Assembly (NCBI GenBank): GCA_046725285.1
Contig: JBKOYG010000047.1
Coordinates: 1,024 to 65,023, forward strand
Direction of reading: 5' to 3'
DNA length: 64,000 bases
Origin: Verrucomicrobiota bacterium
Lineage (GTDB): Bacteria; Verrucomicrobiota; Verrucomicrobiia; Chthoniobacterales; UBA10450
Positions 1-10,594 of this stretch are shown here, piece after piece (the stretch's first letter is position 1; every line of letters begins with the position of its first letter). The notes beneath the pieces are model-generated. The model was not told the DNA's origin. It searched no databases and saw nothing but the letters and a program-made list of their open reading frames with translations. Position numbers and translations under genes: made by a program.

Positions 1-2623
1 GGTCCTGGTTGTACGGTTTGCGGCTGGCGTAATAGCGATCAATGCGGAGCCAGTGCATGATTCGGCCATGAGACACCTGTAGCTTGCCGACGACGGGGAC
101 GTTGTTTTCGGCCTGGCAGGCGATCACACACGCACTACATCCGGTGCACACATTCAAATCGATACTCATTCCCCACTGCTGCGGTGCGTCCAACGGTGGA
201 TGGGTGTAGATGCTCGGCGGCGGATGCGGCAGTTCCTCCTCTCCCGGAATTTTTTTCGCGAACTCATTATTTTCACGGTACCCATCCAACGTCGCTTCGC
301 GCACAAGACCGCGGCCCTCAATGCTGAACTGCTCCTGTGTAATTGAGAACGGATACGTGCGACCGACTTTCGTCACCCTTACGCTCTCGATCCCCTGCCC
401 TCCCGCGACGGCGAAGTGCGGATTTGCGGCCGTGAGCAGGAAGTAGCCATTAAAACCACTCTGCTCGGCAATCTTTGGCAATTCTTTCAACGCCCCCCCA
501 GCATATGGCAGCGAATCGAACTGTGGCATTTTTCGGGCATAGCCAAGTGAGACAGTAACGGAATTTTCGGCGTGGCCCGGCGATACGAGCGCCGCGATAA
601 CCAGCTCGCGTCTGACCGGCTGGCCGCCGGCGCTCTTTTCATTAATTGTGATCTGCAGCAGATCGCCGGTCAGCACGCCAAGTTTTTTAGCAAAAGCAGG
701 ACTCATTAGCGCAGCATTGTCCCACGTCAGCTTTGTAATTGGATCGGGCAATTCCTGCAGCCAGCCGTTGTTTGCATAGCGGCCATCGTCCATGGCGTAG
801 CTGCCCGTGAGCACTATCTCCGGTGATTCTGCTGTCGGCACCGACGACAGTGTCCAGGAGTTTCGCATCAGCATCGCGGCTGCACCCGCATTAAATGAAG
901 GCGATTGATCGTGGGGCTGGACGTGAGCTGCAAATCCATCGTGGAGAAAGCGTGACCAGGCGGTTTGAAAATCCCCGGGGGGATTTGTCGCGCGAAATGT
1001 TTCCTGGACCAACTCTGGCCCTTCTGTTTTCGCGAAACCGAGCACCCAGCTGAGTAATTCGCTTTCCGAGAGACCGCCGAAGATAGGCAAAATCATCGGT
1101 TGGATTGACAAGTAATCGCCATTAGCGGTGAGGGCGTCGCCCCACGATTCGAGGTAATGTGCAGCAGGAAGATGCCATTGGCTCAACGTTGATGTGACGT
1201 CCTCGTGATAACCAAGCCGCACAATTTCCGGTACGCGGTTTTGCAGCTCAGCCCAATCGAGCGGCAGGCTTTTTTGTTTGTCCTCCACCAGGCCGCGGGG
1301 TGCGTTGTAGACCGGATCGCCGCCGAGAATGAACAGGTGTTTGATCCGGCCGTCGTTAATGTCCCTGGCCAGCTGCGAAATGTCGATTGTTCGGGGATTG
1401 TGTTGAAGCTGGCGAACAACCAGCGTCTGGCCGAGATTCTTGAGCGCGGCGTTAATGGCGTACGCGAGCAATTGCACTGAGACCGGCTGGCTGGGACCGG
1501 CCAGCACCAAACTCGCTCCCGGTTTCGCCATCAGATCGTTTGCTAAGCCAGTGATCCATTGCTCGTCGAATGTGTCACCGCCGAATGCCGCCGAGCCTTG
1601 GACACTTCCCATCACCGATCCAAGAGCGGAATCATTTGTTCCTGCGAGAATTTTAGCTGCAAGCGCGTGCGTTACCGCGGCGACCTGGCTCGCAGGACAA
1701 CGTAGCCGATGGTCCGCCATCGCGCCTGTGAGCGTGAACCGATTTTCTATGACATAAAGCCGGTTCATGCTGTCTTTGGGCGCACTAACGCGGCGACGAG
1801 AGGTAAATGCGCGCACTGACGCGAGATCCCCCTGGCCGCAATCGAGAAAATCGCTGTCCAGTGCAACGATGATATCGGCGCGATCGAACTTGGGAATCGC
1901 TCGCGCCCCAGGTCCGAAAGCAGTCTGCGCCGCCACGCTTGTTCGTTGACTCAAGAAAGGCTCATAAACGCACCAGCGCATCTCCGGGAGTTTTTTTTCC
2001 AACTCTCCCCGCAAACGCTCGCGTGTGGGCGAATTCGTTTCCTCGACAAGAAACGCCAGCCCATCGCCGTGATCGGCCATAACCTTATTGTGAAGTTCTG
2101 TGATGTAGGCTTCGAAATGTGTGCGCTTACTCGTTTTCCCATTGCGGACAAATCGCTTCGAACGGGTCGGGTCGTAAAGGTCGAGAATCGACGCCTGAAT
2201 GAAAGTGTCGGTTGCCCCCGCGCTTGCTGGATGCAACGGATTGCCCTCCAGCTTAATCGGGCGGCCATCGACCGTCGTGGCGAGGAGCGGAATGGCTCCG
2301 GTGCGGCGCGGCATCGCGGTTGCGTAATACAGAAATTTTCCGGGAATCGTCCACTCAACGTTCCTTGTGAACGGAACGAGATGCAGCTCCGGCCTGCGAC
2401 AACTCGTTAGGCCAACCCCTGCCAGCGCCATGGATGCCCCCATTAATTTCAGGAAATCCCGGCGTGACCACTCGTTGCCTGTCAGCTCCGCGATACCTTG
2501 TGGAAATTCGCGCTCGAGCCATTGCCGGAATTCGGGCGAATCGCTGTATTCGCCCAGACTGCGCCAGTAACGCTTGCCCCCGCTACTGCGGGACTCCGGT
2601 GGATGGTGGAATACGCGTTTCAT
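1..2623 (-). CDS. actB: Alternative complex III subunit ActB (molybdopterin-like domain fused to a 4Fe-4S ferredoxin domain). The 3' end runs off the window.
   Basis: Absent from the ORF track because there is no stop inside the window. My reverse translation from the ATG at 2623 gives MKRVFHHPPESRSSGGKRYWRSLGEYSDSPEFRQWLEREFP..., a twin-arginine-like SRRDFLKLMGASMALAG, and CTGCSACVIACQAENN near the window edge. ATGA start/stop overlap with actA. Confidence 0.85.
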   Translation of the reverse strand, partial: MKRVFHHPPESRSSGGKRYWRSLGEYSDSPEFRQWLEREFPQGIAELTGNEWSRRDFLKLMGASMALAGVGLTSCRRPELHLVPFTRNVEWTIPGKFLYYATAMPRRTGAIPLLATTVDGRPIKLEGNPLHPASAGATDTFIQASILDLYDPTRSKRFVRNGKTSKRTHFEAYITELHNKVMADHGDGLAFLVEETNSPTRERLRGELEKKLPEMRWCVYEPFLSQRTSVAAQTAFGPGARAIPKFDRADIIVALDSDFLDCGQGDLASVRAFTSRRRVSAPKDSMNRLYVIENRFTLTGAMADHRLRCPASQVAAVTHALAAKILAGTNDSALGSVMGSVQGSAAFGGDTFDEQWITGLANDLMAKPGASLVLAGPSQPVSVQLLAYAINAALKNLGQTLVVRQLQHNPRTIDISQLARDINDGRIKHLFILGGDPVYNAPRGLVEDKQKSLPLDWAELQNRVPEIVRLGYHEDVTSTLSQWHLPAAHYLESWGDALTANGDYLSIQPMILPIFGGLSESELLSWVLGFAKTEGPELVQETFRATNPPGDFQTAWSRFLHDGFAAHVQPHDQSPSFNAGAAAMLMRNSWTLSSVPTAESPEIVLTGSYAMDDGRYANNGWLQELPDPITKLTWDNAALMSPAFAKKLGVLTGDLLQITINEKSAGGQPVRRELVIAALVSPGHAENSVTVSLGYARKMPQFDSLPYAGGALKELPKIAEQSGFNGYFLLTAANPHFAVAGGQGIESVRVTKVGRTYPFSITQEQFSIEGRGLVREATLDGYRENNEFAKKIPGEEELPHPPPSIYTHPPLDAPQQWGMSIDLNVCTGCSACVIACQAENNVPVVGKLQVSHGRIMHWLRIDRYYASRKPYNQD

Positions 2624-3345
2624 CGGTGGCACCCCTGACAATTTGTCGGCGGATTGACGTTCCAGTGCTCTTTCAATGTCTGGCCAATCTCTGCCTGGGT
2701 AAGTTTCTTCTTCTTCGAAAAATCCTCGCGCGCGTCGTGCGGCTGTCCGTACTTCGCGACAAATTCCGCCGGGTTCACATCGTCCGGTTTCCAATCGAGA
2801 TTGAAAACCTGATCTTCCGGCCGCAGAAAATTCTCCGGGTGCCGATGGCATTCGAGGCACCACGCCATGCTATGCGGTTGGGCCAAATACACCGTCGACA
2901 TATGATTAACGGGGCCGTGACAACTGAAACAACTAATGCCGCGGTTCACGTGCGCCGAGTGATTGTAGTAAACGTAATCGACGGTGCGATAGATCCACAC
3001 CCACTCCACCGGGTTACCTGTTTTCCAGCTCGCCCGCACCGGCTCCAGTTTCGGATTATCTTTTTGCACCTGCGTATGACAGTTCATGCAGGTCTGGGTA
3101 TTCGGCACATTGGACTGGGCCGCCATTTCTACAAAGCTGTGACAATAGCGGCAATCCATTCCCAGTTGCGTCACATGGATGTCGTGCGGAAACGGTACCG
3201 GCTGGATCGGTTCGTAGCCAATCTTTGTGTATTTGGGAGTCACGTAATACCAGGTCGCTGCGCTCAATCCGCAGACCGCAATGATGCCGCAGATTACCAG
3301 TTTGAGCGGTATCCAGTTGGTCCAGCGTGGAAAGAAGTTGGCCAT
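2620..3345 (-). CDS. actA: Alternative complex III subunit ActA, membrane-anchored pentaheme cytochrome c
   Basis: 241-aa ORF with an N-terminal TM helix and five CxxCH motifs (CRYCH, CMNCH, CFSCH, CLECH, CQGCH). Sits immediately upstream of actB. Confidence 0.85.
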   Translation of the reverse strand: MANFFPRWTNWIPLKLVICGIIAVCGLSAATWYYVTPKYTKIGYEPIQPVPFPHDIHVTQLGMDCRYCHSFVEMAAQSNVPNTQTCMNCHTQVQKDNPKLEPVRASWKTGNPVEWVWIYRTVDYVYYNHSAHVNRGISCFSCHGPVNHMSTVYLAQPHSMAWCLECHRHPENFLRPEDQVFNLDWKPDDVNPAEFVAKYGQPHDAREDFSKKKKLTQAEIGQTLKEHWNVNPPTNCQGCHR

Positions 3346-3636
3346 GGGATATCAGATTAATGCGGCCCGGCGGGATAAAACCAGCCACCAAAATGAATCA
3401 ATATTGAAATCGAAATGCGCTGCGTTCAGACGGTCCAAAAGGGTTAAGGTTTCTTGTTCGCCTGAGGGGAGGCCAAGATTCTATGAATCTGTCTGGCGGT
3501 AGCAAAATAAAATTCATTACCCAATCTCATGCTCACAAAGCGTTCGCCTTTTCCGATACAGAAAAGCAAACAATTGGCAAAAACTGATGACGTCAAAAGT
3601 TCGGCAGCGCGTCAAGTCTGGAAGCACGACATTTGA

Positions 3637-5354
3637 TTGTGCAGGGGAAGCTGTCAGCATCATTGCTGCAACATTCCGGTAGAACGTTCTGTGAACTCAG
3701 CACGAAAACGACGACTGGTTTTATTTGTGGCTGGATTTTTCATTGGGGTAATGGCGTGCGCGGAAGAGGCCGATGTTCTTTTCACGAACGGCAATATTTA
3801 CACGGTTAACGATCGCCAGCTGCACGCTGAAGCCGTGGCGGTAAAAGGCGCCAGGATCGTTTTCGTTGGCTCAGATGAACACGCAAAGAAATTTCATGCA
3901 GGGAAGATTGTCGATCTTCACGGTCGCACCGTCGTGCCGGGCTTCACTGACTCGCATTGCCACATCTTCGGCATCGGCGAGCGCGAAATGCGATTGAACC
4001 TCGAAGGGACAGATTCACTTAAAGATTTTCTGGTTAGGGTGAAGGAGCGTGTCGACAAAACGGGCCCCAGTAAATGGATCACTGGACGGGGTTGGATCGA
4101 AACGTTTTGGAAACCGCCGCAATTTCCAACGTGTCATGACCTCGACAAGATCGCGCCAAACAATCCTGTATTTCTCACACGCGCGGATGGCCACGCCTCA
4201 GTTGCTAATTCGGCCGCGCTAAAAATCGCCAAAATCGATAAGAACACGCCGAATCCGTTTGGCGGACAAATTCTAAAAACCAACGGCGAGCCAAACGGGA
4301 TGCTGGTCGATAACGCACGAGGAACATCCCCAAACCCACTGAAGGCGAGCGCGGAGAGGCGTTGCTGCGCGGAATCGACCGCGAGATTAAGCTCGGCTGG
4401 TGCGAAATCCAGAACGCTGGCAGTCACAAACAAGATATCGACATTGTCCGGAAAGCATTCGACGCCGGCAAAATCAAAATTCGATTCGTCAACGCCGTCT
4501 ACGGTCCCGGTTGGGATGCACAGAATTTTTTGCGCGACGGACCTACGATTAACGCGTTCGATCATCATTTCACCCAGCGCACGGTCAAAGTGATCTTCGA
4601 CGGTGCGCTCGGCTCCCGCGGCGCGGCGCTCTTGAAGCCGTACAGCGATGCGCCCGAAACGTCTGGTTTTCTCACGGAAAAACCCGAAGACCTGCAGCCA
4701 ATGTTTGCTGAAGCGCTGCGCCGCGGCATCCACATTGAAACGCACGCGATCGGCGATCGCGCTAACCGATTGATCCTCGACCTCTACGAGCAGGCGTTTA
4801 AAGCCGTGCTGCCTGAGGATCGAAAAATTCGTGAACCGCGCTGGCGGATCGAGCACGCGCAAATTGTCGATCCAGGCGATATCCCCCGGTTTGCGAAACT
4901 TGCTGTCATCCCTTCGATGCAGCCGTCACACGCAATCAGCGATCTGTTTTTTGCGCCGCATCGACTTGGAATGGATCGCCTCGTCGGCGCGTATGCGTGG
5001 CAAAGCTTCATCAAGAGCGGCTGCATCATCGCCGGCGGGTACGATGCGCCGGTCGAGCGAGGCGAACCAATGATCGAATTCTACGCCGCCGTCGCACGCA
5101 AAAGCATCAAGGGCGAATCAGGCGAAGGCTGGCATCCCGAGCAAGCTGTCTCGCGTGAAGACGCGCTCAAAATGTTTACGATCTGGCCAGCTTACGCCGT
5201 GTTCGAAGAAAAGGATAAGGGCTCAATTGAAGTCGGCACACTTGCCGATTTCACGGTCCTGTCTCAAGACATCATGAAAATTCCCGAGATGGAAATTCTT
5301 GAAACACAGAACGAAATGACAGTGATTGGCGGTGAGATTATTTACCCGCACTGA
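3637..5354 (+). pseudogene. YtcJ-like metal-dependent amidohydrolase, split by a 1-nt frameshift near 4318-4322
   Basis: ORF 3637-4593 carries the N-terminal half (VPGFTDSHCHIFGIG ... GMLVDNA). ORF 4362-5354 carries the C-terminal half (IETHAIGDRA, RIEHAQIV, GGYDAPVE). Frame 3 already reads NIPKPTEGERGEALLRGID from 4323, directly after DNA in frame 1. A likely signal peptide follows the GTG at 3691. Confidence 0.7.
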
Positions 5355-5374
5355 ACCGGAAAATCTTGGCTTTC

Positions 5375-6001
5375 ATGAACCACGAACACGCCCACCGGCT
5401 CTTGAGAGCGAGTCACCCGCGAATGGCTGAGTTGATTGCTCGCTCGCGTCGTTACAACATCACGCCGGCGGTTTCCATTCGACCATTCGACGCACTCGCC
5501 GAATCAATCGCCTACCAGCAGTTGAGCGGCAAAGCCGCGGCCACTATTTTTGGCCGGGTGCGAGCTCTCTATCCGAAGAAAAAATGGCTCGACCCTGAAC
5601 GACTTCTGGCAACGCCGGATGAAACACTTCGCGCGGCTGGTCTTTCACGCGCAAAAACCGCTGCGTTAAAGGATCTCGCGGCAAAGACAATCGACGGCAC
5701 CGTGCCATCCGGCCGCGCGCTCATCCGCATGAGCGACGACGAGATCATCGAACGTCTGACTGCGGTGCGCGGAATTGGCCGCTGGACCGTCGAGATGCTT
5801 CTCCTTTTCGATCTCGGCCGACCGGATGTCTGGCCCGTCGATGATTACGGTGTGCGCAAAGGTTTCGCGAAAACTTTCGGTCGAAAACTCCCCACTCCAA
5901 AACAGCTCATGAAGTTCGGGGAGAAATGGAGGCCATACCGCTCAGTGGCTGCCTGGTATTTCTGGCGAGCGCTGGACCAAAAAGAGAAGGTAGAAAGTTA
6001 A
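5375..6001 (+). CDS. DNA-3-methyladenine glycosylase II-like base-excision repair protein (HhH-GPD family)
   Basis: Motifs SIAYQQLSGKAAATIF, LRAAGLSRAKTAALKDLA, VRGIGRWTVEMLLLFDLGRPDVWPVDDYGVRKG. ATG at 5375 is preferred over the TTG at 5366. Confidence 0.75.
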   Translation: MNHEHAHRLLRASHPRMAELIARSRRYNITPAVSIRPFDALAESIAYQQLSGKAAATIFGRVRALYPKKKWLDPERLLATPDETLRAAGLSRAKTAALKDLAAKTIDGTVPSGRALIRMSDDEIIERLTAVRGIGRWTVEMLLLFDLGRPDVWPVDDYGVRKGFAKTFGRKLPTPKQLMKFGEKWRPYRSVAAWYFWRALDQKEKVES

Positions 6002-6099
6002 AAGAGTTAGAATGGATTCCCCTTCTAACGTTGTAACTTTGTAACTCTTTTACCATTTAACTTGCGGTCGACGCCGCGCCTCATTAGAAGGAGCGCATT

Positions 6100-6960
6100 A
6101 TGGCGATGATTCACGTTAACCGGGGCGCAACAAGTTTGGGGGCATTTTCCGAAGAAGAAGTTCGCGAAGGTCTGCGTACTGGCCGTTTCGCTCCCACGGA
6201 TATCGGGTGGCGCGAAGGAATGGCGAACTGGGAGCCCCTTTTGCAGTTCCCAGAGTTGGGCGCCGCTGCACCCGTCGCGCCGCCTGCGCACATTGGCCCA
6301 ACCGCAACGCCAGAAGCGGTCGCCCCGCGCAGCGGTTTGCCGTGGGATCATCGGCAAGAGCGCGGTTTTTTTAATGCGTTTATCGAGACCCTGGTGATGG
6401 TGCTTACGAAACCGAGCGAGGCTTTCACAGCCATGAAGCGCGAGGGCGGTCTGGGCGAACCGCTCATTTACGCACTCATCGGTGGATGTATTGGAGGGCT
6501 GGTCTCGTTTCTGTTCTCCATAGGCTTACAATCCGTCGGCCTCTTCGCTGATCGCCACGACACATTCGCTGCGATGGCTGGGATGGGCATCGGCTCCGCA
6601 GCATTTATTGTTCTGCTACCTCTGTTCGTTGTGATCGGCCTGTTCATCGGTAGCGCTATCGTGCACCTCTGTCTGATGATCGTTGGCGGCGCGAATCATT
6701 CCTTTGAAACCACTTTCCGCGTCCTCGCTTTTTCTCAAGGCTCCACCGGTCCTTTGCAGATGGTCCCAGTTTGTGGCGGACTGATTGCCGGGGTTTGGGC
6801 GCTCGTCTGCAACTGCATCGGGTTAGCGCGCGCCCATGAAACCGACACCGGCCGCGCTGTTCTTGCCGTCTTTCTGCCGCTGATTGTTTGCTGCGGCGGC
6901 GTACTGCTCATTGCGTTCATGTTCGGTGCAATGGGCGCTTGGAGCGGGTCACACCATTGA
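6100..6960 (+). CDS. Membrane protein with an N-terminal GYF_2 (DUF4339)-like domain and a C-terminal Yip1-like multi-TM domain
   Basis: N-terminus IHVNRGATSLGAFSEEEVREGLRTGRFAPTDIGWREGMANWEPL, then FFNAFIETLVMVLTKPSEAF followed by about 5 hydrophobic helices. Confidence 0.6.
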   Translation: MAMIHVNRGATSLGAFSEEEVREGLRTGRFAPTDIGWREGMANWEPLLQFPELGAAAPVAPPAHIGPTATPEAVAPRSGLPWDHRQERGFFNAFIETLVMVLTKPSEAFTAMKREGGLGEPLIYALIGGCIGGLVSFLFSIGLQSVGLFADRHDTFAAMAGMGIGSAAFIVLLPLFVVIGLFIGSAIVHLCLMIVGGANHSFETTFRVLAFSQGSTGPLQMVPVCGGLIAGVWALVCNCIGLARAHETDTGRAVLAVFLPLIVCCGGVLLIAFMFGAMGAWSGSHH

Positions 6961-6971
6961 CTTCCGTCAAA

Positions 6972-7394
6972 ATGCGACTGCGCGTCCAGTGCCTTGCTCC
7001 GGGTGAAATCGATCATGAGTTAATCTGGCTAAGCGTCTCGCTTCTATCGCTGGGCCTGGCGGCAGCCTGGCTAACAGTTGGTTTGCCATGGCCGCGCTGC
7101 GCGTTTCATGCGATCACTGGTCTGCCATGCGCCACGTGCGGCATGACGCGGTGTGGGATTCGATTCTTTCACGGTCATTTTCTCGCTGCATTGAAATGGA
7201 ATCCTCTCGTGTTCATGGCACTCTGCGGTCTGACAGCCTTTGACCTCTACGCCTTTGCGACGCTCGTAACGCGCGGGCCGCGTTTGCGGATCTGTTGTTA
7301 CAAGCAAACGGCGAAAACATTTGTGCGCGTCGCGGTCATCTCGGCGCTCACGCTAAACTGGATTTATCTGCTGATGCACTGGCGCAATTTTTAG
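6972..7394 (+). CDS. DUF2752-like small membrane protein
   Basis: Motif CAFHAITGLPCATCGMTRC followed by TM helices. The ATG at 6972 avoids overlap with the upstream gene. Confidence 0.55.
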   Translation: MRLRVQCLAPGEIDHELIWLSVSLLSLGLAAAWLTVGLPWPRCAFHAITGLPCATCGMTRCGIRFFHGHFLAALKWNPLVFMALCGLTAFDLYAFATLVTRGPRLRICCYKQTAKTFVRVAVISALTLNWIYLLMHWRNF

Positions 7395-7396
7395 AC

Positions 7397-7446
7397 GGTA
7401 GGGCGTTTCTCCGAAACGCCGGGCGTCTGACACAGACGCCCTGCAA
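7397..7446. repeat. REP-like palindromic element (GTAGGGCG...CGCCCTGCA) with two internal 7-bp hairpins
   Basis: Hairpins GGCGTTT-ctccg-AAACGCC and GGGCGTC-tgacaca-GACGCCC, directly after the stop of the DUF2752 gene. Confidence 0.6.
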
Positions 7447-7508
7447 TGCCAGGCAATCACAATTTTCTTCGTGCACTTCTTGTGCTTCGTGATTGAACTT
7501 CTGACGAC

Positions 7509-8462
7509 ATGAGAATCCTAGTCACAGGCGGGGCTGGTTTCATCGGCTCCCATCTCGTTGAACGCCTGCTTGCGGCGGGACACGCAGTCGTCATCCTCGA
7601 TGACTTCAACGATTTTTACGATCCACAAATCAAGCAGGCAAACATTAGCGGTTTCGCCAAAGATGTGGCCGTTCACCATGTCGATCTTCGAGATGGCGCG
7701 TCAGTCCGAAATTTGTTTCATCGCGAGAAGTTTGAAGTGATCGCGCATCTGGCCGCTCGTGCAGGCGTTCGGCCATCGATTCAGCACCCGCAGCTCTACT
7801 ACGACACCAATGTCACTGGCACATTGCATCTGCTCGAAGCCGCGCAAATGACCGGAGTTGAGAGATTCATCTTCGCCTCCAGTTCATCGGTTTACGGGGC
7901 CTCGAAGACGGTACCCTTTTCTGAGGATCAACATCTGACTCAGACACTCAGTCCGTACGCTGCGACAAAAATTGCAGGCGAATTTCTTTGCTCGACTTAC
8001 TCACACCTTTACCAACTCCGCGTCGTGGCACTCCGTTACTTCACTGCGTACGGACCGCGGCAACGGCCGGATCTGGCAATCCATCAATTCACCAGGCGCA
8101 TTCATGCTGGCCAGCCGATCGAGCAATTTGGCGACGGCACCACGCGGCGCGATTATACTTACATTGATGACGTAATTCAGGGAACGATCGCCGCATTTCA
8201 ATACGAAGGACTGCTCTTCGATATCTTTAATCTGGGTGAGAGCGAGACGATCCAACTCAAAGACTTGATCGTTGCGATCGAAAATGCGCTCGGGAAAAAA
8301 GCGAAAATCAATCAGCTGCCAGAGCAGCCCGGCGATATGCCCTTCACTTGCGCGGATATTTCGAAAGCGAGAAAACTTCTCGGCTACAAGCCAACCATCC
8401 GGCTGAACGAGGGATTGCCGCGTTTCGTAGCGTGGTTTTTGGAGTCTCAAAATCGAAAGTAG
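7509..8462 (+). CDS. NAD-dependent nucleotide-sugar epimerase/dehydratase (UDP-glucuronate 4-epimerase-like)
   Basis: Rossmann motif VTGGAGFIGSHL and catalytic YAATK (SPYAATKIAGE). Length 317 aa. Confidence 0.8.
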   Translation: MRILVTGGAGFIGSHLVERLLAAGHAVVILDDFNDFYDPQIKQANISGFAKDVAVHHVDLRDGASVRNLFHREKFEVIAHLAARAGVRPSIQHPQLYYDTNVTGTLHLLEAAQMTGVERFIFASSSSVYGASKTVPFSEDQHLTQTLSPYAATKIAGEFLCSTYSHLYQLRVVALRYFTAYGPRQRPDLAIHQFTRRIHAGQPIEQFGDGTTRRDYTYIDDVIQGTIAAFQYEGLLFDIFNLGESETIQLKDLIVAIENALGKKAKINQLPEQPGDMPFTCADISKARKLLGYKPTIRLNEGLPRFVAWFLESQNRK

Positions 8463-8521
8463 CCGAGCGCCGAAGCGTTTGGCTATTATCATTTTACCGC
8501 TAGCTATAGTAAGCTCCCTCG

Positions 8522-9529
8522 ATGACTTCGAGATTGCCATTCGAGCAGCGGGCTTGCTTCATCGCAGGGCAGGCGAAATCCGGCACGACACTTTTGGTGG
8601 CATTACTCGACAATCATCCCGAGTTACTCGTGTTGCCCGAAGAAACGGCCTATTTCCCCACAGTCCTCACCAAATATGCGCCACGCGGTCGCCGCGCGCA
8701 GTTCGATTATTTGACCAAACAATCGCTGTCGAATGTGCTCTTCGGCGGACCGTGCAAATGGGGCAAGCGAAATTATGCGACGTTCCCGCGCGAGAAATTT
8801 TTGGGGACATTCGAGCGCGCGGCATTCGATCCCGCCAATGCCCACGAAGATCTGCTCGTGGTAATGGTGGAAGCGTACGCGGCAGCGCTGGAACGTCCGC
8901 TCGACACTATTGGACGGTGGGTGGAAAAGACGCCGGCCAATCGCAATCACATTCCGGAGATTCTCAGGCGTTTTCCGCACGCGAAAATTCTGGTCACCAT
9001 GCGCGATCCGCGCGCCATTCTCGCGGCGCAAATCGCGCTGGAGAAAACAAGGCAAACAGGAAGGTTCTCGACCTATTACGTGATCGCCCATTGGTTGGTC
9101 GCTGCGAAGCTGGCGAGCCGTGTACGCAATGGTGAAATTCCAGGTCTTGTAGTGCCGTACGAGCGATTGGTCCACGAACCGGCCAGGACGATGGAAGAAG
9201 TTTGCGCCTACCTAGAGATCAGCTTCGATCGGGAAACAGTACTTACACCGACAAAAGTGGGCCGGTTTTGGAGCGGCAACTCAGCGGCGCGAATCAACTT
9301 TTCACAGATCAGTGCGGAGCCGGCGACGCGCTGGCAGCGGGAACTGTCAGAAGACGAAATCGGATGGGTGGAATGGCATTGCCGCAATCTGATGCCGGAA
9401 TTCGGCTACGCGCCAAAACTGAGCCGGCGCGAGCTGCGATCTTTTGTGCGGCCAATTCGCGGCGAACGCCCCCGAGAATACATAAAGTCGCGCGCTTATT
9501 CTCTGCGCGATGATTGGATTCGACGGTAA
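8522..9529 (+). CDS. Sulfotransferase family protein
   Basis: PAPS-binding loop GQAKSGTTLLVALLDNHPE and a later TMRDPRAILAAQ region typical of sulfotransferases. Confidence 0.65.
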   Translation: MTSRLPFEQRACFIAGQAKSGTTLLVALLDNHPELLVLPEETAYFPTVLTKYAPRGRRAQFDYLTKQSLSNVLFGGPCKWGKRNYATFPREKFLGTFERAAFDPANAHEDLLVVMVEAYAAALERPLDTIGRWVEKTPANRNHIPEILRRFPHAKILVTMRDPRAILAAQIALEKTRQTGRFSTYYVIAHWLVAAKLASRVRNGEIPGLVVPYERLVHEPARTMEEVCAYLEISFDRETVLTPTKVGRFWSGNSAARINFSQISAEPATRWQRELSEDEIGWVEWHCRNLMPEFGYAPKLSRRELRSFVRPIRGERPREYIKSRAYSLRDDWIRR

Positions 9530-9550
9530 GATCGATATTGGGAAGTGATT

Positions 9551-9607
9551 CTGGATGCTCGATCCTGGATGCTGAACCTCTTTTATCCAGCATCAAGCAT
9601 CCAGTAT
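9551..9607. repeat. Stuttered imperfect inverted repeat (CTGGATGCTCGATCCTGGATGCTG / CCAGCATCAAGCATCCAG)
   Basis: Seen by eye in the 440-nt ORF-poor leader upstream of the RRM gene. Confidence 0.5.
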
Positions 9608-9970
9608 CCGGCGTCTGGTCGCCACCCGGGAGACGCGCATTTTCGTAAGCGAACTTGCAATCGCACTGAAACAAGCCATAGTCCGGCGAGATACCGGGAA
9701 TGTTATTCGATATTCCGAGCCTCCGTTTTCTACGACGATTCAGATTTTTCGATGCCACGGCGCGAGCTTTAACGCGTTGGCTGTTTCGTTGGTTGAGTGC
9801 GTCGGCTCGCGGTTTGAGACAAGTGCAATCCCGGCTCAACGAGGCGGAGTTTCCAACGGCGTCGCGGAGGGTCTTGTTTGAATGGACTCCGGATGATTGG
9901 CGCGCTGCGGACGGTGCATCGTTTGATGCGCTCCGCCGATTCAACAATTGGACTAAACGTAAGGATCAAC

Positions 9971-10462
9971 ATGAACTCTTATTCAACTGGGAGACGCTCG
10001 CACCGTTCGCGCGGCGGCTCCCGACGCCGTGGCAACGGCCACTCACGTCGTCAGCGAGGAGAAGCGAAAACGCAAAAAAAGACATTCTGGCAGCGAATCG
10101 CCGCATTTTTTGGGAATGGCACAACAAAGGCGACAGCAGGCGCGCGCAATGGCGCGCAGCCTTCGCGACCAGCACGCAAACCTGAACGGATTGAAGTCAC
10201 TTCGCCACGTCTGTACGTTGGCAACTTGTCCTTCGACGCAACCGAGAGCGATCTTTTTGAGTTGTTCAACGGAGTCGGACACGTTCAAAATGCGGAGATC
10301 GTAAGTTATCGCCACAACCAACGCTCAAAAGGGTTTGCCTTTGTACAGATGCAAACCATTGAGGAGGCGAAACGCGCCGTGGAAGAATTGCACGATAAGG
10401 AATTCCTCGGCCGCAGGTTGGTGGTAAGCGGCGCCAAATCCGGCGAGCATCGCGCGCGCTGA
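9971..10462 (+). CDS. RNA-binding protein with one RRM domain and an Arg-rich N-terminal tail
   Basis: RNP-2 LYVGNL and RNP-1 KGFAFVQM. AAGGA lies 7 nt upstream of the ATG at 9971. The track ORF 9878-10462 shares this frame. Confidence 0.75.
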   Translation: MNSYSTGRRSHRSRGGSRRRGNGHSRRQRGEAKTQKKTFWQRIAAFFGNGTTKATAGARNGAQPSRPARKPERIEVTSPRLYVGNLSFDATESDLFELFNGVGHVQNAEIVSYRHNQRSKGFAFVQMQTIEEAKRAVEELHDKEFLGRRLVVSGAKSGEHRAR

Positions 10463-10481
10463 CAACCGGAATTATCTCATC

Positions 10482-10520
10482 GGGAGAGAACGCGCTTGGT
10501 GCGCGGCTCTCCCGGTATGT
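10482..10520 (+). terminator. Probable intrinsic terminator of the RRM gene
   Basis: GGGAGAGAACGCGC-ttggt-GCGCGGCTCTCCC hairpin followed by GGTATGTTTT. Confidence 0.55.
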
Positions 10521-10594
10521 TTTGGGTCATATGGGGCATATGCGTCACATAAGTCTCGTTTTGGCCCTCTACAAACTTGGACAACGCAGCGTCT

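Noticed and set aside
9700-10185. 161-aa plus-strand ORF in the long leader of the RRM gene, overlapping it in another frame.
   Set aside because: Arg/Trp/Phe-rich composition, no motif, and it overlaps a well-supported gene. The 440-nt leader may be regulatory, but I cannot show that.
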